From Octopus bimaculoides (taxonomy: Eukaryota): DNA of 64,000 nucleotides. How positions within the stretch are numbered: the first letter of the stretch is position 1; each line of letters opens with the position of its first letter. Below, piece after piece: positions 26,401 through 38,700 of the stretch. The notes under the pieces are model-generated. The model worked only from the letters and a program-made list of their open reading frames with translations, was not told the origin of the DNA and did not search any database. Position numbers and translations under genes: made by a program. The DNA lies in contig NC_069003.1 in assembly GCF_001194135.2 (NCBI RefSeq), positions 21,269,284 through 21,333,283 on the forward strand. Reading direction: 5' to 3'.

Positions 26401-28087
26401 ATTGAACAGCTGGACATGCTGCACATGCATAATGCAGGGGTTGCTCTCTACCACTGGTTCTGTTGGTGCAGTTACAGACTGACAAGAGGGACATAAGAAC
26501 AACAACTACTTACCACTTTTTGCATTTTTTCTCTAGACAGATTGATTACTTCAAGAATATGGCTATGTGCTTCTGTTAAATAGAAAAGAGAAGACATATG
26601 AAAAAAACAGTAGATTCAGGCATAAGCATATCTAAGAGTACGTTATCTAATGTGTCTATCCAGTGTTTTAAGGAAAATTTGGCTGTTATTTCTATCAAGT
26701 TTAGCTTCAAACAAGCCAAACCACATTGCCAGAACTTTGTTTCATGTAGTTGAAAGCAGACCAGAACCAAGACCCTTGTGATATCCAACATTTCAAGAAT
26801 CTTAGAGTCTTTATTACTGAAATATTCAGACATTTTCAATAAGAAAAGCAAACATCAAACTTTGGTTACAAACTACAAATATTTTCGTTTATTAAATATA
26901 TATATGTAAATGCAGGCATGGCTGTGTGGTAAGAAGTTTGTTTCCCAACCACATGGTTCTAGGTTCAGTTCCACTGCTTGGCACCTTGGACAAGTGTCTT
27001 CTACCAAAGCCTCAAGTTGACCAACACCTTGTGAGCGGATTTGGTAGACAGAAACTGAAAGAAGCCTATCATATACAGGGTGGGCCAAACATCATGCACA
27101 AAATAAGTTCAGTATGCTCTGGAATTGTCAAAGACATGCGTTGTTTTTCTTAAATTTAATAAAATAAATATAATAATGATTAATACACACATACTTGTAC
27201 ATGATGGACAAAATGAATAATAATAATAATCTAATATATTGAATTCTCATTAAATTCTCTCCAATCCATGCAAGCATGGAAAAGTAGAGGTTAAATCATA
27301 ATATGCATGTGTATATATGAATATATACATACATATTCATATATATGAATATGGTGAAGGTGCATGGCTTAGTGTTTCGGGTATTCGGCTCATGATCGTA
27401 AGATCACAAGTTCAATTCCCAGCAGCATGTTATATCCTTGAGCAAGTCACTTTATTTCACTTTGCTCCAGTCCACACAACTGACAAGAATGAGTGGTACC
27501 TGTATTTCAAAGTGTCAGCCTTGTCACATTCGCTGGGTCATACTGAATCTCCCAGAGAACTACATTAAGAGTACATGTGTCTGTGGAGTGCTCAGCCACT
27601 TGCATGTTAATTCCAATCCACTGATTGGATCAACTGGAACTCTCGTCATCGTAACCGACGGAGTGTCACTATATATGAATACATATGTGTGTATTACTTG
27701 ATTACCTGAACATTTTTATGCCTGGCACTGACTTTTGCTTTAGTCTCTTCCTGTAAAGCAGGAGGTGCGGTGGGAGGGGATAGTGATAATGGAATTTTGT
27801 GTGAGAAAGTGATGTCATGAATGATAATATGAAGAGGAGGGCCGCCTCTTTTACTTTCATGTGTTGTGTGCGTGTGTGTGAGATAGATAGATAGAGACAG
27901 ACAGACAGACAGAGAGTGACAAAGGGACAGACATGTTACCTTGGCAATTTTTGTAGTCAGGGTGGTCTTGGTTATAGTGTTTCAACAGTCCTGAAAATAA
28001 AAATAAACACCCATTAAGTTTTGATTATATATATACATATATATATAATACATGGGCATAAATATATACATATACGGTCATTTATAC

Positions 28088-28123
<36 letters not shown>

Positions 28124-28381
28124 NNNNNNNNNNTATATATATATATATATATATATATATAGGTGCATATATATATATATACATACATGTGTGTGTGTAT
28201 ATATGTATGTATATATATGTATATTTACACAGATATGTATATATGTGGATATATATGTATGTATACATGTACATGTCTGTATATAGACACATGCAAATGA
28301 ATATATATATATTCTTTTATCCATTTTAACCCTTAGGCTGCAATCATGCTGGATCACAACCAGTATACATGCATACATACA

Positions 28382-28412
<31 letters not shown>

Positions 28413-29740
28413 CTATAATGGGTCATCCCATAAATAATGTGGTTTTCCATACTCCTTTTATTTTTCAAAATTAAAATAAACAAAGTTCTTTTTTTTAATC
28501 TAAAATAAACTCTCCTTCATTTTCTACAATGCTCTTCCATCTTTCTGGTAGACTTGCAAGATTCCTCTTCCAAAATTCACTTGTTTTGATGAAAAATACT
28601 CCTCTAGGACTGTTCTGACCTTGTCTACAGAATTCATGTTTTTTCTAGCCAAAACATTTTGAATTTGGTGAGTGGGGCATCGTTTCCCATTCAAACTGCT
28701 CCATTCTTTGGAATGTCATCCTCGCTGTTTGTGGCTGAGCATTATCCTGATGGAAGAACACCTTTCGTCTTGAAACAAAAGATGGTTGTTTTTCTTCTAG
28801 CACAGGTGTTAATGAATGGTTGAATGATCAAATCCAAGCTTCTCTGCTAGTTCCTCAACAGTTGCAATGGAATTTTGTTCCACCACGGTTTGCAGGACAT
28901 CCTTGTTGAGCTCTACACATCTTCCAGGATGAGGCTCGTCCTCTAGGCTATAGTTTCCTGCTTGGAATTTCTGGAACCACCATTGATACTGGCTTACGCT
29001 TATTGTCCGATCGCCATATACTGCATTAATATTCCTCACACTTTCTGTAGTGTTGTTACCTTATGCTCCTTTGTCACTTCCATTATAGCTTTGAAAAAAT
29101 AACTTAATATTCAACTGCACACTTCAAAACTTGCACTAAGAATAAGGACAAGGTAAAATTNNNNNNNNNNNNNNNNNNNNNNNNNNNNNNNNNNNNNNNN
29201 NNNNNNNNNNNNNNNNNNNNNNNNNNNNNNNNNNNNNNNNNNNNNNNNNNNNNNNNNNNNNNNNNNNNNNNNNNNNNNNNNNNNNNNNNNNNNNNNNNNN
29301 NNNNNNNNNNNNNNNNNNNNNNNNNNNNNNNNNNNNNNNNNNNNNNNNNNNNNNNNNNNNNNNNNNNNNNNNNNNNNNNNNNNNNNNNNNNNNNNNNNNN
29401 NNNNNNNNNNNNNNNNNNNNNNNNNNNNNNNNNNNNNNNNNNNNNNNNNNNNNNNNNNNNNNNNNNNNNNNNNNNNNNNNNNNNNNNNNNNNNNNNNNNN
29501 NNNNNNNNNNNNNNNNNNNNNNNNNNNNNNNNNNNNNNNNNNNNNNNNNNNNNNNNNNNNNNNNNNNNNNNNNNNNNNNNNNNNNNNNNNNNNNNNNNNN
29601 NNNNNNNNNNNNNNNNNNNNNNNNNNNNNNNNNNNNNNNNNNNNNNNNNNGCTAAAGAAAGATTTTCTAAAAAGTTATTAACTATTTAAAAAAAATATCT
29701 TTGACAGAAAACTATCATGAACCTTTTGGAAAGGAGATTT

Positions 29741-29788
<48 letters not shown>

Positions 29789-32700
29789 CATACACAATAC
29801 ACAGAATATAAAGAAAGTCAAGAGGTATGAGATGAATATATTTATTTCACCAGTTGATATCCATAAGATTATGATTGTTAATGAAAAAATAATTTATTTT
29901 AATTTATAATAAATTATTTCATATGTCTGTATTAGTGTATATGTTATAGTTTACATGGTACTATTGTACATTTTACAAGCTAATACAGACATAGAAGGTC
30001 ATGGGTACATCGATTTTTCAGCTCTGACATAAACATACAAAAAGCCATCTTCAAATATTAATGTATGGAAGGCAATAATTAATAAAATAATTTTCAATAG
30101 ATGGGAGGATAGTGTTGGTGGAAATTAAGATAGCATATAATATGATAGAGTGAGAGTCAGATAGTTTATCATTAATAATCTAGAAGTATACATCACATAC
30201 ATACATATACATTGAGTGTCACACAGAAATATGGATGGGTATGTGAAATAAAGTAAAGAAGGAACATGAAAGACAAGGACAGGGTGGAGAGATGCAATAA
30301 GGTGATGAAGTGGAACAACACTTACTTTCAAGTATTAACCGATAATGTAGAAGTCGTTGTCCGGGTTTTAGGAGAGATCGGAAGAGCGNNNNNNNNNNCA
30401 AAGGCAAGTAACACGTTTTTTCAGCCTCAAATTCTTTGTACAACTGCTCGAATTCTCTGTTCCGTTTGAGGGTTAGTTCCAATTCGGAGAGCATCTCTTC
30501 AAGCCGATCTAAGTAAGTTCGATAAATCTGAAAACCATTCATAAAAAGAAAAAAAAAAAGATAGGATAAGAAGAGTATAAAGACAGAAAAAAAAAAGGAT
30601 GCAAATAGATGAGAGAAGGCAAAAATATAAGGAGAAAGAAATAAGTCATTAAAAGAAAAAGCATGAGAAAAATTATTATCATAATAATAATTCTTTCAAA
30701 TTTTGGGACAAAGCTAGCAGTTTTGAGGAGAGGAAGCAAGTTGGGAGCAAGCAAATTCTGCCAGTTTATTGCTTTAATAATAATGGTTTCTCATTTTGGC
30801 ACAAGGCCAGCAATTTTAGGAGATAAGGTAAGTCGATAAAAATCAACCCAGTACTTCACTAGTACTTTATTTTACTGATCTGCGAGGGATGAAAAGCTCA
30901 GTGGATGCTGGTGGAATTTGAACTCAAGACATTATAAGTTGGAAGAAATATCACAAGGTACTTTGATTGTCGCTCTAATAATTCTGCCTGCTTGCTACCG
31001 TCATCATCATCATCATCATTTAATGTTCATTTTCCATGCTGGCATAGATTGGATGGTTTGACAGGAGCTGGCTAGTTCGAGAGCTGCCAGGGCCCCACTT
31101 GTCTGTTTTGGCTGGATGCCCTTCCTAATGCCAACCACTTTACAGAATGTACTGGGTGCTTTTTACATGACACTGGCACAGGTGCTCTTATGTGGCACCA
31201 GCATGGGTGCTTTTACGTAGCCCCAACACCTGCAAGCCAGCAAGAATAGGATCTTTCAACTGAGAGAGGGATGTAGAGGACATGTTTGTATGGATGGCCA
31301 TGCGTTTACTTAGCTTATCTTAATAATAATAATAATAATAATAATAATCCTTTCTGCTATAGGTACAAGGCCTGAAATTTTGGGGGAAATAATAAGTCAA
31401 CTACGTTAACCCCAGTGCTTAACTGGTACCCATTTTATCAATCCCAAAAGGACGACAGGCAAAGTCAGCCATGGTGGAATTTGAACTCAGAACGTGAAGA
31501 TAGGTAAAATGCTGCAAAGCATTTTGCCCAGGGTGCTAATGATTCTGTCAGCTTGCTATTATTATTAATACATTGTTTCTTTGTTAAAGCAAGTAGGTGG
31601 AGAAAAACCTTGACAACATAATACCGTAAAATATACACCCTCCTAATATCATATTATGCACTCTCTTAACATCATATATTATATACACCCCTAGTTTTTA
31701 TTTTTATTTTGATGGGAAAGTGTGTATTTCTGATGGAGATTTCCGGTAATGAAGAAGACTAGCTGTTCTGTAATGAGATAAGCTTTGAATCAATGTTTAA
31801 CCTTTTAGCATTCAAACCGGGCCCAAATATTGTAAACTGACCAGATCAAGCCTCTCACAATTACCCTGTTAAGTCATCCTAAGAGTAAACAATCAGTTCA
31901 TTGAGATCTGAAAGCTATGAGATAATACATTTGAATGAATAAGCATTACATATAATGGAATAATCTGAATGCTAAAAGGGTTAAATCTAGTCAAGACATG
32001 CAGGGGTGGTAACTCCACATCTCAAAATAAATTTTAACAAAATCAAAATGTGTGGACTTGGGACAGTGTAGAGTAGTGCTACTCAAAGTGGTGGTCCGCA
32101 GACCGGTGCCAGTCCCCAAGCCATCAGCTGCGGTATGCATTGAGTTTCCAGAAAAGAAAGAAACATTATAAAATGCTTATGTAATATCGTATTATTTGTT
32201 TATAAAATAAATATTAAAAAAACTGTCAACTTTTATTATATTCATTATATATATTGTTTACGGTATAAATTAATATTACTAAGAAATATTCTTTTCTACT
32301 CTAGGCACAAGGCCCAAAATTTTTGGGGAGGAGGCCAGTCAATTAGATTGACCCCAGAATGCAACTGGTACTTAATTTGACCTTGGCGGAGTTTGAACTC
32401 AGAACATAAAGACAGACGAAGCGCTAAGCATTTCGCCCAGTGTGCTAACATTTCTGCCAGCTTGCTGCCTTATTACAAAGAAATATTACTGGTCCCTGGC
32501 ACATTAGGGGAAAAAAAAAAACCCTGCCAGTGTGCCACATCAGATAGTTTGAGAAGCACTGGTGTAGAACATGAAGAAAAGATGCATAAAGCAGAATGGT
32601 ACTTACAGGAAGGACAGTATCCAGTTCTAGCAAGACGTTACCAATTTTCTGCGATTCTGGATTTACTGGGGTGTTATATTTGCCTTCCCTGTAAAGAAAA

Positions 32701-35700
32701 AGAACAAAGAATTATGAAAAGAGAGAGAAAAGAAATAAATGAGGAGAGAAGAGGGGGGGGATTGGAGGGGAGGTAAAAAAAAAAAAGAGTCAGAAGTCAT
32801 ACAGAAGGAATAGAACAGTATTGAATGGTTATTTGAAAGAATGAAATAGGGAAGCAGTGTGACTATATACCATTTTTTTTTTTGCTTCAGTCATTAGACT
32901 GCGGCCATGCTGGGGCACCACCTTGAAAGAATCGACCCCAGTACTTATTCTAGTCTTAAGCCTGGTACTTATTCTATTTGTCTCTTTTGTTGAACCACTA
33001 AGTTACAGGAATGTAAATACAACAACACATGTTGCAGTGATGGTGGGGCACAAACAGAGATGCATGCCCCCACCACACACATATCACAAGCTTCTTTCAG
33101 TTTTTGTCCACCGAATCCACTCCCAATGCTTTGGTCAACCTGAGGCTATAGTAGAAGACACTTGCCTAAGATGCCACGCAGTGGGACTGAACTTGTAATC
33201 ATGTGGTTGGGAAGCAAACCTCTTACCAAGGCAAAAAGGTTCATCATCATCTAACGTCTGCTTTCCATTCTGGCATCGGTTGGATGGTTTGACAGGAGCT
33301 GGTCAGCTAGAGAGCTGCTGACCAGCTCAGCAGCTCTCCACAATATTTGTATCGCCTTTTGGTTGATGGCTACAAAAACCATTAGCAAATGTGTTGCACA
33401 TTAATCTGTTCAACTGTCATGTACAAAACACGAGATACATTCAAGCTTTTACATGTAAAATATGTCATATTTTCATGTCTTTAATGTCACATGTATAAAA
33501 CACGTAGTAGCAGCAACTGTTTGAATAACTGGCAATGTGAAACTCAGATAAATTCCAAGTACTTACGGTATACATATATTGTTTATCTGTTACTGGTCTC
33601 AACCTGTAAGCTGTGACCATGCTGGTGCAATGTCCATTTTACTAAGCTGAGGGTATGCAGGTATTTTGAAAATACTTCACTGAGTGACGACCATGCCCAG
33701 CATAGTTATGGGCTGCCCTTTGGCAAGGAATAGCGCCCATTGAGCCACCCTGCCAGGAATAAGGTGAAGTCATGACACTGCAGCATGGCAGATTGTGAAG
33801 CGGTAGCAGAAGAGCTCAACTGAGCCAATGGTGCTTCTTACATTGATGGTGAGTGGAGGAATCCTGGGAGATCAATGGTCAGGATCACCAAGAACAGGAA
33901 CAGAAAGTGGAATGAGAATAATTGACAATTGTCTTTGAAATAGTTACCATGAAATAATTCTCTGCTCTATGTTCCTGATGAAGTTGCAATGGAAGTTGTA
34001 GATGGGACAAAGGGTAGAGAACATTAGATGAGAAAGATAATCAGGCATCACAGAGTTCACAGCATTTTGGAAAGACTGAAAATAAAAGAAAAAGAAAACA
34101 AGGAAATAAGAAATGAAAGGTAAAAACTTCAAACACTTGATTGAAATTAACCTTTTGATGCCATCCCACCTGAGACCTCTCCTGCTTCTATGATACAATA
34201 TTCTTGTTTTAAAGTGATCAAAATTAAAACTTGCCATCAAAATTTAGGGGATTCATTGATTAAGTTGACCCCAGTGTTCAACTGGTACTTATTTTATTGA
34301 CTCTGAAAGAATGAAAGGCAAAGTTGATCTCGGTTCAAATTCCACTAACGTCAGCTTTACCTTTCATCCTTTTGGAGTTGATAAAATAAGTACTAGTTAA
34401 ACACTGGGGTCAATTTAACTGACTAAGCCCTTCCACCAAACTTGCTGGCTTTGTGCCAGAATTCANNNNNNNNNNGAATTAAATATTGTACGGCCCTCAA
34501 TCCATGTGTTCTGTAATTCATCTAAGATTGAGTTTTGGTTCTGATACAAATTCGCTGTTTTAAATTAAAGCCTTCCCTCAAATATTCATGTTACAGACAC
34601 TAGCTAAACAACAACAAAGTTATTTGATTAAATTCTTCATTATTTTCAAAATTCAAAAATGGTTACAAAAAGGTTAACTTTGTTTCCATGTCTATTTCTC
34701 CATTCCAGCATGGGTTATATTAATACATTGAAGCATCATTCTACAGCAAGATGTCCTTCCTTGCACTATCCTATCCCATAAAACATACACATACAAAGAA
34801 ATGCAACACAAACCTGTGTAATGACTTCCAAGTCCTTTTTAAATGTTCGTTCTGTCATCAGGAGTTCTTTTGTTATACAATAAGATTTATCAGCTGGAGC
34901 TCGCTGGAAAAACATAATATAACTAATAGAAATGTCTGACTAGTAACACAACAACAACAGGAAATCCAGTGATCCTGATTGGTCAAAAGTTGAAAGCAAT
35001 ACTGCAACTGAAAAAGAGTCTTTTCATAAGTTAACTTATGTCAGAATCCAAGGAATCTGGTGATGGTCTGTGGCAGCAGATTACACTGTTACTTTATTCT
35101 TTTTTTGTTTTTGGTCTTTGGTCAGAAAGTGTTACTTCCTATTTCCTTCTATTTAGAAATCAAAGAAAATCACTACTATTCCCTTTCAAACTTTGCTTTT
35201 GTCACCTGGACATCAATATTTTAAGACTGATCTATTTTCCATTACATTTCAGATAGATTCAGTGCCGAGTTCCAGAAGCAGAAATGTTATTATAGCAAAT
35301 ATTCTGCTCGATATCACATATTTGCTTGTCAGTTGTTTGACTTTAATCACTTGAGCATGTCTCTTAGTGGCTGACAATATGTGAATCTTTGATCCTGAGC
35401 AGGACTAGAGTGTGGAGCATCATAGCCATGTGTTGAGAAGTATTCTTTTGAGCTTGAATAAATGTAATAAAAGTAGAAGTTTGAAGGAAATATTAGCCAT
35501 TTTTCATACTTTCTAGGTGTAAGCAAATAGGAAACAACAGTTGCTACCCAAGGACAAAAATTATGTTACACAGTGTTATGAGTTAAAAGAGCTTGAAAAT
35601 GGAATAAACTGGTTTGTTGGGCCAAAGCAGAAAAGTGTAACATTTCAGGTAGAACTCTTTTAGAAGAGATTACTCTCTCACTCAGCAGTACTGTCTGCAA

Positions 35701-38700
35701 TATTGGTTTACATTTCTCTCACAGCCAATCAGTTTTGAGCTGTTTATAATTAAGAACATGACAGCAAAGTGGCACAGTCATTAGTGTTGACGAGAATGCT
35801 TTGTAGTATTTGTTAAACATCTCTGTGCTCTGAGTTCAAATCCTGCAGAGGTCAACTTTGCCTTTTCAGTTTTTCAGTGCAAGGTAGTGGATAGGCAGGA
35901 TTGTTAGAGTGTTGTATGCAGTATGTTGTAGCTCTGTGTATTTTGAGTTCAAATCCTGCCCTGTCACTAAAAAAACAGTGACACTCCTGTCAAGAATTGC
36001 ATCTGACATATATCAACAATTTAAAAAAACTGATGGAAATGGAAATTTCCTGAGTTAGGTAGCAAGACCAACTGCCACCATAGCTCGTATCAAAGACCAC
36101 TGAGATTTATTCAAATAAAGAAAATACCTGGATTGTAAATTGGAAACAGTTTAGAAGGACTTATGTCAGGAGTAAATGTTTCACAGTATATACTTACCTG
36201 TAAGTTACTGATTACTACATAATAAATATCTAAAATTTTAGCCATGTGTGTGTTTGCAGCTGACGATTCATTCCTCTCTCACATCATCATAATTTAATGT
36301 CCGTTTTCTATGCTGGCATGGGTTGGACAGTTTGACAGAAGCTGGAAAAGCCAGGAGCCACACCAGGTTCCATAGTCGGTTTTGGAATGGTTTCTACAAT
36401 TGGATGCCTTTCCTAACACCAACCACTTTACAGAATTACTGACTTTAATGGTAATGCATATATACACACATACACACACACATTATAAGCACTTATAAAT
36501 GTTTCAAATATTTTTTTAAAGACCAAAATAATGTAAGTTAATGAAAAATTAAAATTACAGGTCAATTTCCTGAAGAAGTAGTCCTAATCCTGAAGTACTG
36601 AAATACCAGGTAAGAGTACCATGCTTTTACCTGTAATTTTAATTTATTTTATTTGCATTGCTTTGACTTAAAAAAATATGTTTAAAACAAATATATATCA
36701 GACAACACTTGATGCAACCTCTATTATATATATAGATATATGTGTGTGTGTGTGTGTTTATATATCATCATCATCATCATCATCATCATTTAGTGTCCGT
36801 TTTCCATGCTGACATGAGTTTGACAGTTTGACATGGAGCTGACCAGCTGGGGAGCTGTCCAGACTTTAGTTGTTTGCAGTGACATGGATTCTACATAAAA
36901 AGCACTAGTGCTGGTGCCATGTAAAAAGTACTGGTGATAGTGCCACGTAAAAAGCACCCAGTACACTCTGTAAAGTGGTTGGCATTAGGAAGGGCAACCA
37001 GCTGTAGAAACCTGGCCATAACAGTTCCTGCCAAGCTGACCAACTGATGATAGCATGGAAAATGGATGTTAAGACGTTGACAAGGATGATGTGGGTGCAT
37101 AAATTGTTTGTGTACATGTGCCCCTTTACACCCANNNNNNNNNNNNNNNNNNNNNNNNNNNNNNNNNNNNNNNNNNNNNNNNNNNNNNNNNNNNNNNNNN
37201 NNNNNNNNNNNNNNNNNNNNNNNNNNNNNNNNNNNNNNNNNNNNNNNNNNNNNNNNNNNNNNNNNNNNNNNNNNNNNNNNNNNNNNNNNNNNNNNNNNNN
37301 NNNNNNNNNNNNNNNNNNNNNNNNNNNNNNNNNNNNNNNNNNNNNNNNNNNNNNNNNNNNNNNNNNNNNNNNNNNNNNNNNNNNNNNNNNNNNNNNNNNN
37401 NNNNNNNNNNNNNNNNNNNNNNNNNNNNNNNNNNNNNNNNNNNNNNNNNNNNNNNNNNNNNNNNNNNNNNNNNNNNNNNNNNNNNNNNNNNNNNNNNNNN
37501 NNNNNNNNNNNNNNNNNNNNNNNNNNNNNNNNNNNNNNNNNNNNNNNNNNNNNNNNNNNNNNNNNNNNNNNNNNNNNNNNNNNNNNNNNNNNNNNNNNNN
37601 NNNNNNNNNNNNNNNNNNNNNNNNNNNNNNNNNNNNNNNNNNNNNNNNNNNNNNNNNNNNNNNNNNNNNNNNNNNNNNNNNNNNNNNNNNNNNNNNNNNN
37701 NNNNNNNNNNNNNNNNNNNNNNNNNNNNNNNNNNNNNNNNNNNNNNNNNNNNNNNNNNNNNNNNNNNNNNNNNNNNNNNNNNNNNNNNNNNNNNNNNNNN
37801 NNNNNNNNNNNNNNNNNNNNNNNNNNNNNNNNNNNNNNNNNNNNNNNNNNNNNNNNNNNNNNNNNNNNNNNNNNNNNNNNNNNNNNNNNNNNNNNNNNNN
37901 NNNNNNNNNNNNNNNNNNNNNNNNNNNNNNNNNNNNNNNNNNNNNNNNNNNNNNNNNNNNNNNNNNNNNNNNNNNNNNNNNNNNNNNNNNNNNNNNNNNN
38001 NNNNNNNNNNNNNNNNNNNNNNNNNNNNNNNNNNNNNNNNNNNNNNNNNNNNNNNNNNNNNNNNNNNNNNNNNNNNNNNNNNNNNNNNNNNNNNNNNNNN
38101 NNNNNNNNNNNNNAACAAAAACAAAACAAAAATTTTCTCTTTCAAGTTATAAAAAGTATGGCTTTGTGGTTAAGAAGCGTTGCATGGTACCCTGGGCAAA
38201 AGGTCTTCTGCTAAAACCCTGAACCAACCAATACTTTGTGAATGAATTTAGTAGACTCAGTGGAAGCCCATCATATATGTATATACCAAGAGAGTTAGGG
38301 GTTGAGGATCCAACCCACTAAGGGATAGTATCTATCCAATATACTTCTCCAATTGCTAAATGTCCTCTAAATTTGTAATCTTAATTGCTGATATGACATG
38401 GTATGTCATAAGTGTCTGTATATTGTGCTTTTTGTCAATTTCGTTGTAAAATAAACAGATTAATCAACGGAATATAGTGTCTGCAAGTCGATGGGTACCT
38501 CATATTCCCCTCTATTTTCTTATTGCTATATATATATATATATATATAATGTTTGTGTGGGTTTTTCTGTCTGAGTTTGTCCTCCACCACCGCCTGACAA
38601 CTGTGTTTGTCTCCCTTCACTGCTTGACAATCAATCAGTGTTGGTTTGTTTACGTCCCTGTAACTTAGAAGTTCAGCTTCCTTCACTCATGTTAATGTTT

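Noticed and set aside
26576-26851. 91-aa same-strand ORF inside a FARP intron with protein-like text ([11 protein letters not shown]...)
   Set aside because: Its only good acceptor is phase 2 (the upstream donor is phase 1), there is no donor before the real acceptor at 26573, and I recognise no family. Likely chance.
27074-27160. TA-CAGGGTGGGCCAAA Tc1-like terminus
   Set aside because: No partner TIR or transposase found nearby, so not supportable as a feature.
36198-36207. 10-nt candidate microexon (cag|TAACTTACAG|gtaagt) that would fix the phase 2->0 mismatch
   Set aside because: Poor polypyrimidine tract, similar TTACCTGTAA words occur in nearby repeats, and a larger missing exon in the N-gap is more plausible. 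RNA-seq could rescue it.
36565-36612. CTGAAGA-A-GTA...TAC-TGAAA hammerhead-like motif
   Set aside because: Stems I and III do not pair convincingly.
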